Positions 19,987-28,549 of a DNA stretch of 64,000 nucleotides are shown in pieces. Every line of letters begins with the position of its first letter. Position 1 is the first letter of the stretch. Below the pieces are notes generated by a model that was given only the letters and a program-made list of their open reading frames with translations, did no database searches and was not told the origin of the DNA. The position numbers and the translations under genes are program-made. This stretch comes from Arenicellales bacterium. GTDB taxonomy: Bacteria; Pseudomonadota; Gammaproteobacteria; Arenicellales; JAJDZL01. The DNA is taken from the NCBI GenBank assembly GCA_963664525.1, contig OY761535.1, positions 3,129,242 through 3,193,241 on the forward strand, in the 5' to 3' direction.

Positions 19987-21291
19987 ATGCAACCGCGTAC
20001 GGAAGTAGTACTCAGTCTGGGTTCAAATCTCGGCGATTGCCGGGCCAATCTTCGCGCGGGACTGACAAGATTAAGCCAGTCTGGATTTTCGATTCTAAGG
20101 GTTTCACCGACCGTGGAATCTCCCGCACAATTACCTGCTGAATCATATTCACGTTGGAACAGACCTTTCTTAAATCTGATTGCAATCGGTGAAACCCGTA
20201 AGGAGCGCTCTTCATTTGTTCAAGACACCAAGTCGATTCAAACAGCCATCGGTAAGCCTAGCGACAGTAAATGGGCTCCACGACAGTTGGACATTGATGT
20301 TGTCGCCTGGGGTCGGTGCCAGTTCTCGTCCAAAGCTGAGCAAACAATAGCGCCTATTTTCAAACGGCCCTATGTGTTGTCTCCGCTGGTACATATTGCA
20401 CCCGGATGGCCTGTATCAAGCGATGGTCGCGTGACGGCACTCGAACTGAGTGCGACTGGCAATATTGACTTTCATATTCCCGAGTGGATGGGAATTTTGA
20501 ACATTACGCCAGATTCATTTTCTGATGGCGGTCACTATCGGAATCTGGACGATGTGACCACTGAGATCAACCAGATGATTCGAGCAGGCGTCAATATTAT
20601 CGATATTGGTGCTGAATCCACTCGCCCCAATGCCACCCCCCTGACAGACGAAGAGGAGTGGCAGCGACTTGCGCCGGTTTTGGAACGGGTGATGGAAATT
20701 TGTTCTGAACCTTATCTTTCACCAAAGATCAGTATCGACACCTATCACCCGCTGACTGCTGAACGAGCACTCGAAGCCGGTGTAGATATCATCAACGATG
20801 TCAGTGGTTTGCGTAATCAAGCAATGCTGGGAGTTGCTAGAGACAGTGGCAAAACATTCATTGCCATGCACAGTGTCACTGTACCGGTCGATCCGAAAAT
20901 CAGTATTGGTGAGCGGGAAAATGTCAGGGCGTTGTTTACAAGTTGGGTCGAAGAAGGACTCAGAATATGGGAATCCAATGGCATTGATCTTAACAATGTT
21001 GTTATTGATCCTGGCATTGGTTTTGGTAAGAGCAGCCTTCAGGCGCTGGAGTTGATGCGCGTTATTCAACCAATGCGAAGACTCGGTCAGCGGGTGCTGA
21101 TTGGGCATTCGAGGAAGCGATTTCTAAAATCGTTTTCAAATGTTGACAGCTCACAACTTGATCCTGAAACAATTGGTGCATCTTTGAACATGTGTGCGCA
21201 ATCGGTTGATATTTTGCGCATACACAATGTGGCGGCACATGTTCGAGCTTATCTTAGTTGGGCGCATCTATTGGACAATAGGGCTGATTAG
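19987..21291 (+). CDS. folKP: Bifunctional HPPK (FolK) / dihydropteroate synthase (FolP) fusion
   Basis: The N-terminal part VVLSLGSNLGD...WAPRQLDIDVV is HPPK. The C-terminal part GILNITPDSFSDGG...DIGAESTRP...IINDVSG..HSRKRF is DHPS. Both lie in one uninterrupted ORF. Confidence 0.88.
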   Translation: MQPRTEVVLSLGSNLGDCRANLRAGLTRLSQSGFSILRVSPTVESPAQLPAESYSRWNRPFLNLIAIGETRKERSSFVQDTKSIQTAIGKPSDSKWAPRQLDIDVVAWGRCQFSSKAEQTIAPIFKRPYVLSPLVHIAPGWPVSSDGRVTALELSATGNIDFHIPEWMGILNITPDSFSDGGHYRNLDDVTTEINQMIRAGVNIIDIGAESTRPNATPLTDEEEWQRLAPVLERVMEICSEPYLSPKISIDTYHPLTAERALEAGVDIINDVSGLRNQAMLGVARDSGKTFIAMHSVTVPVDPKISIGERENVRALFTSWVEEGLRIWESNGIDLNNVVIDPGIGFGKSSLQALELMRVIQPMRRLGQRVLIGHSRKRFLKSFSNVDSSQLDPETIGASLNMCAQSVDILRIHNVAAHVRAYLSWAHLLDNRAD

Positions 21292-21318
21292 AATTTGATT
21301 TGAATGCAACCTTCCAGA

Positions 21319-22821
21319 TTAACGATTTCTCCACGCGATTTCTTCGCTGATGCGTCGAATTTTTTCACGTGCGATGGACACGGTATAAAAATCGCCTGTA
21401 TTGAGTTCTGCGTGCTTTAGCTGATTGAGGGCTACTTTGAGGTCGCCGATTTTGAAGTGATAGTCTGCATCTGCCAAGTAGGCTTCCCCGACAGCGCCTG
21501 ACTGGTTTGCGACTTGAGCATTGAGTTTAAGAAGTTGAATGTGTTCTACATTTGCGGGTAGATGTTTTCTGACGTATCGATTCGCTTGTTCAGCATCATT
21601 GATTTGCAACATGGCAAGGGCGACCATTTCGACGACAGCCGGGTGCGAACTATCGCTTTCAATCCAAGGTTTCAGCAAAGAAAGGACCGCTGCCGGCTTG
21701 TGTTGGTCCAAATCCAATTTGGCCAAGGCAAGAACGAACCAAAGGTTGTTTGGCTGCAGGGCAAGAAGTTCACCGAATTTCTGTCTCGCCTGAACCACAT
21801 CGCCATCTTTTGCCAGTGCTAACGCGTAACCATACTGATTGGCCAAGTGCTCGTTTCCTTCGCTGTCAGGCAACTGTTTTTCGAAAAATTGATAAGTTTT
21901 TTTCGGTTCCCAGTGAAACAACACTCGATTTCTGGCCTTAAAATACAAAAATTCGGGTGAAAGTTCTGAAAATCTACGATTTTGAAATTGTCGCAGTCTT
22001 GCATCGATGCTGGCGATTCGTTCCGGGGTAACGGGGTGAGTGTTATGGATATTGGACTGAACAATGCCTCGTTCGCGAATTTGTCTTTCGAGTTCCAACA
22101 TGAAGTCTTTGGCGTATTTCGGATCATAACCGGAGGCCACCATAATTTGGATCCCAACATTGTCTGCTTCTCGTTCATAGGCAAGTGTGTAGTCGATCAC
22201 GGACTCTACACGTGCTGCCTGAGACCCGACAATTGCAGCGATCCCAACATCGCCACCAATAAGAAGACCCGCCAAAGCCGCCAAAAGGGCCGGTGTTTGT
22301 GTCTCTTTATGCGTTCTTAAAAGCCGCGCCAAGTGGTCCTGTTTGAAATGGGCGAGTTCGTGTGCCATGACTGACACCAGCTCTACTTCATTTTTGGTCA
22401 GTTCAATCAGGCCGGAGTTGATAAAAAAAGTTGCGCCAGGTCCAGCGAATGCGTTGACGCTTGGGTCTTGGATCACGTAATAGTGAAGTGGATCAATCTC
22501 CATTTGGGCACCTGCGACCAATCGTTTTGCCAGTTGAATGACAAAATGGTTGATTTGCAGATCATCTGAGAATTGCTTGGTGTGACGCACGACACTGATA
22601 AACTGACGTGCCTGACGTTGTAAATTCTTGGTTGCAACTGGATTGTTGATTTGTGCGGACGCAATGCGTTCAAAACCCGGTGCCGTCATTAGGCACAGAG
22701 TCATCGCGCAAAGCAATCCAATCGCTTTTGGATTTGCAAGTTTAGTTATTCTGACGACAGAACGGGTGGTCATCAGCTTGGCATGGCATCGTGGTGAAAT
22801 ACTTAGAGAAGGTGAAGTCAA
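21319..22821 (-). CDS. M48-family metalloprotease with C-terminal TPR domain (BepA/YfgC-like)
   Basis: Zinc motif MAHELAHFKQDH (HExxH) and a downstream EREAD. The TPR-like C-terminal half carries ALAKDGDVVQARQKF.. and an N-terminal signal region. Confidence 0.85.
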   Translation of the reverse strand: MTSPSLSISPRCHAKLMTTRSVVRITKLANPKAIGLLCAMTLCLMTAPGFERIASAQINNPVATKNLQRQARQFISVVRHTKQFSDDLQINHFVIQLAKRLVAGAQMEIDPLHYYVIQDPSVNAFAGPGATFFINSGLIELTKNEVELVSVMAHELAHFKQDHLARLLRTHKETQTPALLAALAGLLIGGDVGIAAIVGSQAARVESVIDYTLAYEREADNVGIQIMVASGYDPKYAKDFMLELERQIRERGIVQSNIHNTHPVTPERIASIDARLRQFQNRRFSELSPEFLYFKARNRVLFHWEPKKTYQFFEKQLPDSEGNEHLANQYGYALALAKDGDVVQARQKFGELLALQPNNLWFVLALAKLDLDQHKPAAVLSLLKPWIESDSSHPAVVEMVALAMLQINDAEQANRYVRKHLPANVEHIQLLKLNAQVANQSGAVGEAYLADADYHFKIGDLKVALNQLKHAELNTGDFYTVSIAREKIRRISEEIAWRNR

Positions 22822-22959
22822 ATTTTACAGCAAGCACACTTTTTCGGTTCAAGTCTTCGAAGCGTGATACGAAAATGTTCACCTTCGACAGACTGTCAGT
22901 GCTTGGGGAATTCGGTAAAATGAATTGACCCGCTAATTCAAAACAAATCAATCGAACCG

Positions 22960-23352
22960 ATGAAATTTAATATTCTGGTCAATGAAGGCCCCTACACGCA
23001 TCAGGCATCGGATACTGCCTATCATTTTGCCAAGGCGGCAATTGATTGTGGGCACGAAGTGATTCGGGTGTTTTTCTATCACGATGGCGTCAACAATGCC
23101 ACGCGATTTGCTTCACCACCCGTTGACGATCGCGATGTTATCGTGCGCTGGACGCAATTGGCTGAAAGTTACGACATTGATCTGGCAGTCTGTGTTGCGG
23201 CTTCGTTGCGCCGAGGGGTACTGGGTGAAGATTCGGCGCACCAATTAGGCATTGCTGAGGTCAATTTGGACGATCACTTCAGGGTAGCTGGATTCGGGCA
23301 CTTTATTGAAGGGGCGATCGTCGCGGATCGGACCTTGGTATTTGGCGACTGA
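22960..23352 (+). CDS. dsrE: Sulfurtransferase DsrE (TusD homologue)
   Basis: 130 aa with MKFNILVNEGPY..; the conserved active-site Cys sits exactly at position 78 (LAVC78VAAS). It is the first gene of an E-F-H-C series. Confidence 0.85.
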   Translation: MKFNILVNEGPYTHQASDTAYHFAKAAIDCGHEVIRVFFYHDGVNNATRFASPPVDDRDVIVRWTQLAESYDIDLAVCVAASLRRGVLGEDSAHQLGIAEVNLDDHFRVAGFGHFIEGAIVADRTLVFGD

Positions 23353-23375
23353 AGACGATCGCGAAACGACAGTGC

Positions 23376-23759
23376 ATGACTAAACGTTTGATGTTCGTTA
23401 ATCGCAGGGCCCCTTATGGCACTGTCTATGGAATGGAAGCGCTTGATGCAACGCTTGCTGCATCCGCGTTTGGACAAGATCTGAGCATGGCGTTTGTGGA
23501 CGATGGGGTGTACCAGCTCAAACGGAATCAGAATCCGTCAGTACTGGGGATCAAACACTACACAAGGACATTTGCTGCGCTGGATGATTTTGGAGTTGAT
23601 CATATATTTGTAGAACAAGAATCGATGATGGAAAGAGGATTGAAACAGGAAGACTTGATGGAAATATTCCGTGAAGATGGCAGCGATGCGTTGACAATTG
23701 TTTCGTCTAGCGAACTTTCTGAAATCATGGAAACGCAGGACGTAATCTTTCAATTTTAG
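23376..23759 (+). CDS. dsrF: Sulfurtransferase DsrF (TusC homologue)
   Basis: 127 aa of the DsrE/F fold (LMFVNRRAPYGTVYGMEALDA), in position between dsrE and dsrH. Confidence 0.8.
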   Translation: MTKRLMFVNRRAPYGTVYGMEALDATLAASAFGQDLSMAFVDDGVYQLKRNQNPSVLGIKHYTRTFAALDDFGVDHIFVEQESMMERGLKQEDLMEIFREDGSDALTIVSSSELSEIMETQDVIFQF

Positions 23760-23767
23760 ATACGGCA

Positions 23768-24070
23768 ATGTTGCACACGATCAACAAATCTCCGACTGAA
23801 CGCCCCAGTTTGCTCAGCTGCCTGAGACTGGCGAAAGCAGGAAGTGACATTTTGCTGATTGAAGACGCGGTCTATGCAGCGCTTAGCGGGACGAAATTTG
23901 CCGAAATTATTGAAAATTCGCTAAACCACCATCAGTTTTTTGTGTTAGAAGCAGACTTGGATTGTCGCGGTTTTGGTCAATCTGAACTGATTGACGGCAT
24001 CACAATGGTTGATTACACGGGTTTCGTATCGCTGGCGGTGAAAAATGATAAGGTTCAGGCTTGGCTTTAG
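23768..24070 (+). CDS. dsrH: Sulfurtransferase DsrH (TusB homologue)
   Basis: 100 aa: MLHTINKSP....LSCLRLA..GSDILLIEDAVYAA. This is the typical DsrH/TusB N-terminus with a conserved Cys. Confidence 0.8.
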   Translation: MLHTINKSPTERPSLLSCLRLAKAGSDILLIEDAVYAALSGTKFAEIIENSLNHHQFFVLEADLDCRGFGQSELIDGITMVDYTGFVSLAVKNDKVQAWL

Positions 24071-24081
24071 GTGCGACAATA

Positions 24082-24414
24082 ATGACACTTGAGTTTGACG
24101 GAAAAGTTTATGAAACGGATACCGAAGGGTTTCTCACGAATCCAGAGGAGTGGTCGGCGCAATTGGCAGAAAAGATGGCGGCCGACGACGGATTTCAATT
24201 GGGCCCTGATCATTGGGAAGCGATCAATATACTGAGGGACTACTATGCGCAGTTCGCCATCGCTCCTCCCATTCGAATTCTTATCCGACACATGGGCAAG
24301 CGTCTGGGCAAAGAAAAAGCGAACAGCCCATACCTTTACGAACTGTTTCCGTTTGGGCCCGCCAAGCAGGCCTGCCGATACGCGGGGTTGCCCAAGCCGA
24401 CTGGCTGCATCTAA
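24082..24414 (+). CDS. dsrC: DsrC (two-cysteine C-terminal arm; TusE/DsrC family)
   Basis: The C-terminus PAKQACRYAGLPKPTGCI carries both the penultimate Cys and the Cys ten residues upstream. That pattern distinguishes DsrC from single-Cys TusE. Start set at ATG 24082 (MTLEFDGKVYETDTEGF). Confidence 0.85.
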   Translation: MTLEFDGKVYETDTEGFLTNPEEWSAQLAEKMAADDGFQLGPDHWEAINILRDYYAQFAIAPPIRILIRHMGKRLGKEKANSPYLYELFPFGPAKQACRYAGLPKPTGCI

Positions 24415-25000
24415 TCGGCTTCCAACCAGGCTGAAATAGGGCGCTGGACCACAACAGGATACAGTTTCAATGTCGAACGTTTTTGCGATTCTGTTTTATC
24501 TGGCCCTGTTGGTTCTCACTTGTGGAATTGTGTGGAAAGTCATCAGCTATGCGAGGACACCGATGCACAGTGTATTGCCAATCTCACCAGCACCTCGATC
24601 ATATTCTGGAGTGATTTTGAGAATTGCGCGCGAAGTTATTTTCTTTGAGAGCTTGTTTAGAGCAAGCAAATGGACGTGGCTTTTTGGCTGGGTCTTTCAC
24701 TATGCGCTCGCAGTCGTGTTGCTTCGTCATCTGTTTTTTGTTATCGACCCAATCCAACCATGGGTGATTGCTTTTTTTGTTCCAGGTGATATCGCAGCAT
24801 GGTTCATGGTGGCGTCATTGCTCGGGCTTTTGGCTCGACGAATTTTTGTGGAGCGGATTCGATATGTTTCGACGCCTTCTGATTACGCTATGCTGGGGCT
24901 GATATTGCTGATTGTTGCGTCGGGTCTGGCATTACGCTACAGCACACCAGTGGATATTATGGCGACTCGGGATTTCATGCTGGGATTAATTGGACTGTCT

Positions 25001-27016
25001 CGAGGGATTTGCGCTGTCAAAAAATCTAGACGAGGCAATGGTTTAGAGAAGGGTCGAAAAAACTTTCCCCCAACAAACGGCTGATTAGAGGGCTTTGAGT
25101 CGATTCAGCATTGATTTTGGCGAATTTCACCCCAACGTCAATTACCCGCCTGCTGGTGCAACGAGGTTTCCCCAAAACCTCTACTATACAGTAATAATGT
25201 CTTTATTAACATATACATAGAGTTGACATTGGCGCCACCATGGTGTATCATTCATGAGCATAAACAACCACATCCATGACCCAATGGAAATCAAACACCA
25301 TGGCGACAAAAATAGAAACCAGCCTTTTTTCCTGGAATAATCCGCAACAACTGCCAAGACTGCAAACACTGGCCCGTGTGCTGGAGATTTTACCGTATCA
25401 AGCGTTGGTTGAGGCCCTGTGTGAAAAACGCGGCCGCGGCCGAAACGATTTCCCGGTCGAAGCGATGTTTCGTCTGGTGATTGCCGGTGTGGTGCTGCAA
25501 TATCCTTCTGCGGCAGCCTTGCTGCGCAACCTGGAAACCAACCTGAGTCTGGCCCAGATCTGTGGCTTCAACCCGTTGCCAAGACAGCAACAGTCCAAAA
25601 CGGTGGTGCATGAGTCGTCGCAAGGACCGGTGACGTTCGAGACCATTGACTACCCACAGCGCATCACGTTGCCGGATGACTGGGCCTTCAGTCGTTTCCT
25701 GACCAGTATGCTGGAGCTGTTGGCCCAGCGAGATTATCTCAAAGAGATGTTTGAGCAACTGCGCGAACAATTGCGGGTGGTGGTGCCCGATTTTGGATGC
25801 TACCTGGCCTACGACGGAAAAGCAATCCAGAGTCATTCCACCGGTCGGGTGAAGCACAAAAGCGGTTACAGTTCAGACCCGGATGCCACCTGGGGCAAAC
25901 ATGAGAGCAAAGGGGTTGACAAAAAGGGTCGTGCCTGGAGCAAAGTCAAAGAATGGTTTGGATTTCGCTTGCACGCCATTGTGGATTCAGTGAACGAGTT
26001 GCCGGTGGATTATCGTGTGACGACGGCGAGCGATGGTGAGGCGGTGGTGCTGTCACAGATGCTCAAAGAGATGGACGAAACCCATCCGCAGATTCTCGAA
26101 CGCACAGAGCAGTTAAGTGCCGATCGCGGGTTGGATGTCAAGGAGTTGTACCGGGCGCTGTTCGACGATTACCAGATCGAGCCGGTAATTGATAACCGTG
26201 ATCTTTGGCGTCAGGAAAAAGACGAGGGCAACTATGATCCACAAAAGCCGATCTTGAGAATGCTCAACGGTGGCAAGCGCATTGATAACATTGTCTATGC
26301 GGAAGATGGGACGCTCATGTGCCGGTGTCCGCACACTGACACGGAGCGCGAGATGTATTTTATGGGCTATGAGAAAGATCGGGGGACCTTAAAGTATCGC
26401 TGTCCTGCCAAAGCCGGTGGTTATCAGTGTGCTGGTACGCAACAGTGTCTGCGATACGGCCGCTCGAAGGCGCACCGGTATGGTCGCACGGTGCGAATCA
26501 AACTGGATCAGGCCAATCGCAGGATATTTACGCCGACACCGCGCAACACGTACAAATGGAAGCGCAGTTATGCGCGGCGCACGGCGGCTGAGCGGTTTTT
26601 CTCTCGCATCGCTCAGGGCTACAATTTTGATCACCACTATGTACGTGGACTGGTCAAGATGCAGGCCAAAGCGTCGCTGGCCATGGTGGTTGGACTGGCG
26701 ATGGCGATTTTGCACATTCAAGCCGGTCAGGCGAACAACATGCGCTCACTGATCCGACCGATTGCGTTGCTTGATACTGGCTAAGGGTCGCGTTGTATTG
26801 TGAATTGACTTATCGTAGCGTGGCTGCGAGGGCTGGGCGCGTCTTGATACCAGTAAAATTGACACAAATATGAACAAACCGCATTTCAGACAAAATATTC
26901 GACGCGATTGGCTTGGTCGACGGTCTGTGGAAGATGATTATTGCCCCGTCAGTGCCCTGGCGGGCCAACGAGTCGGCGTGGCCGGACGCGAAAATGGCTA
27001 CAACGCAAATCCCTCG
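25001..27016 (+). mobile_element. Insertion sequence (2,016 bp), IS4/IS5-superfamily (IS1182-like) with one DDE transposase gene
   Basis: IRL at 25001-25017, CGAGGGATTTGCGCTGT, matches the reverse complement of 27000-27016 at 16/17 positions. There is a 3-bp direct repeat, TCT, at 24998-25000 and 27017-27019. By eye the interior is GC-richer than the flanks. Confidence 0.88.
25276..26784 (+). CDS. DDE transposase (InsH-N/DUF772-type N-terminus, IS4/IS5 superfamily)
   Basis: 502 aa. The N-terminus RGRNDFPVEAMFRLVIAGVVLQ resembles the transposase DUF772 region. A Cys-rich insert (CRCPHTD..YRCPAKAGGYQCAGTQQC) is present. The C-terminal RRTAAERFFSRIAQGYNFDHHYVRGL motif is typical of IS5/IS1182-type enzymes. 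Confidence 0.85.
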   Translation: MTQWKSNTMATKIETSLFSWNNPQQLPRLQTLARVLEILPYQALVEALCEKRGRGRNDFPVEAMFRLVIAGVVLQYPSAAALLRNLETNLSLAQICGFNPLPRQQQSKTVVHESSQGPVTFETIDYPQRITLPDDWAFSRFLTSMLELLAQRDYLKEMFEQLREQLRVVVPDFGCYLAYDGKAIQSHSTGRVKHKSGYSSDPDATWGKHESKGVDKKGRAWSKVKEWFGFRLHAIVDSVNELPVDYRVTTASDGEAVVLSQMLKEMDETHPQILERTEQLSADRGLDVKELYRALFDDYQIEPVIDNRDLWRQEKDEGNYDPQKPILRMLNGGKRIDNIVYAEDGTLMCRCPHTDTEREMYFMGYEKDRGTLKYRCPAKAGGYQCAGTQQCLRYGRSKAHRYGRTVRIKLDQANRRIFTPTPRNTYKWKRSYARRTAAERFFSRIAQGYNFDHHYVRGLVKMQAKASLAMVVGLAMAILHIQAGQANNMRSLIRPIALLDTG

Positions 27017-27209
27017 TCTCCGACAATACTTCCAAGTCACGCAATGCTATATTTACATCTGGCAAGTGTGTCAATTTTGGCATTGATTTTTCCATTTAGC
27101 AAACTGATTCATTTTCCTGGATACTTTTTCAGTCCTGCGCACAATCAGAAATATTCAGCCTCGAAAATCAAGATCGGTGGCCGATAGACCGCGTCGGTGC
27201 GTTCTTTAC

Positions 27210-27716
27210 ATGACTATGATTAGACACTGTACACCAGACGATTTCGATCGCATACTTGCTATCATCAACAAGGCTGCACAAGCCTATAGGGGCATTATTC
27301 CAAACGATCGGTGGAAAGAGCCATACATGCCCGCTGAGGAACTCGCGGACGAAATTACTGCTGGAGTCACTTTCGACGGCTACGAAATGACCGAAGTGGG
27401 GCTGGTAGGTGTGATGGGTGTTCAGCTTGTCAAGGATGTAGCATTGATCCGCCATGCTTATGTTGCTCCTGAAAATCAGCGTTCAGGAATTGGATCTACT
27501 CTGCTGAACGAGCAATGTGCAAATCTGGATTGTCCGATCCTGGTCGGTACCTGGGCCGCTGCCGATTGGGCAATTGCCTTTTACCAGCGCCATGGTTTCA
27601 AGCAGGTATCGATGACGGAGAAGTCAACATTGTTGAGACGGTACTGGACCATACCAGAACGCCAGATCGAGACTTCTGTTGTGCTTGCTAATGAACGATG
27701 GCGCCTCTCACCATGA
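27210..27716 (+). CDS. GNAT-family N-acetyltransferase
   Basis: Acetyl-CoA motif A, PENQRSGIGSTLL, plus AIAFYQRHGF. ATG 27210 was chosen so that the gene starts after the dsrM stop. Confidence 0.8.
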   Translation: MTMIRHCTPDDFDRILAIINKAAQAYRGIIPNDRWKEPYMPAEELADEITAGVTFDGYEMTEVGLVGVMGVQLVKDVALIRHAYVAPENQRSGIGSTLLNEQCANLDCPILVGTWAAADWAIAFYQRHGFKQVSMTEKSTLLRRYWTIPERQIETSVVLANERWRLSP

Positions 27717-28384
27717 GCGAATTCTCCTTGAATAAAGATACGATACAGGCGCAAGAGGTGTCGGCAGCTACGATTGAGAACTATAACCGTATAGCGCTTG
27801 CTTTTTGTAAAGGCACGGAGAATCATGATGTCAGTCAGAACATCGCTGCCTTACTTGACGCGATCAAGGATGACGGTCCACACGTCATTCTCGATTTTGG
27901 CTGCGGGCCCGGTCGGGATCTTTGCCAATTTAAAGCACTCGGCCACGAGGTGGTCGGTCTGGATGGTTCAAGCGAGTTTGTCGAAATGGCCCGAGCTAAA
28001 TCGGGATGTGAGGTGCTCCATCAAGATTTTCTCAACCTAGATTTACCATTCGCTCGCTTCGATGGGATATTCGCGAACGCTTCTCTTTTTCACATTCCGA
28101 TCAGTCAACTCGACCGAGTCCTGGGCAACCTCGCTGCGACGCTCAAATCTGAGGGCGTATTGTTAAGCTCAAACCCGAGAGGCAACAACGAGCAAGGTTG
28201 GGTCGATGGGCGATACGGTTGTTTCCATGATTTGGAAACATGGCGTGCCCACGTTCGCGCCGCGGGTTTTCGCGAATTGCATCACTACTATCGACCGACT
28301 GGGCGACCGCGAGTGCAACAACCATGGCTTGTCACAGTCTGGCGTAAAAATACTGAAGTCAGTTCGATTAGCATCTCGGCGTAG
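27713..28384 (+). CDS. Class I SAM-dependent methyltransferase
   Basis: Motif I VILDFGCGPGRD, then an acidic residue at GLDGS. ATG 27713 overlaps the GNAT stop in an ATGA arrangement; ATG 27698 is an alternative start. Confidence 0.8.
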   Translation: MSEFSLNKDTIQAQEVSAATIENYNRIALAFCKGTENHDVSQNIAALLDAIKDDGPHVILDFGCGPGRDLCQFKALGHEVVGLDGSSEFVEMARAKSGCEVLHQDFLNLDLPFARFDGIFANASLFHIPISQLDRVLGNLAATLKSEGVLLSSNPRGNNEQGWVDGRYGCFHDLETWRAHVRAAGFRELHHYYRPTGRPRVQQPWLVTVWRKNTEVSSISISA

Positions 28385-28549
28385 GCATTCTCGACCATAA
28401 GTTCCCATGGGTTTAATACCCTGGAATTTCATTGATGCAGATGAACATAGCCTTTCATCTAGAAATTTATACACGTATGGTAAAACCGATCCGGGTATAA
28501 AATCAATAAATAACAATAGGATGACGTCAGTTCAACGGTAAATCTCTGG

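Larger units (their letters stand above)
24470..27187 (+). pseudogene. dsrM: dsrM (NarI-like membrane cytochrome b) interrupted by an IS element after codon 177
   Basis: The 5' part (24470-25000) encodes multi-TM sequence up to ..MLGLIGLS. The 3' part (27020-27187) encodes PTILPSHAMLYLHLASVSILALIFPFSKLIHFPGYFF..*. The two join in frame once 25001-27019 is removed. Confidence 0.85.

Noticed and set aside
26870-27187. 105-aa ORF read as an independent gene
   Set aside because: It is a chimera. The first 50 codons are IS right-end sequence. The remainder is the in-frame 3' fragment of dsrM. It is covered by the pseudogene call.
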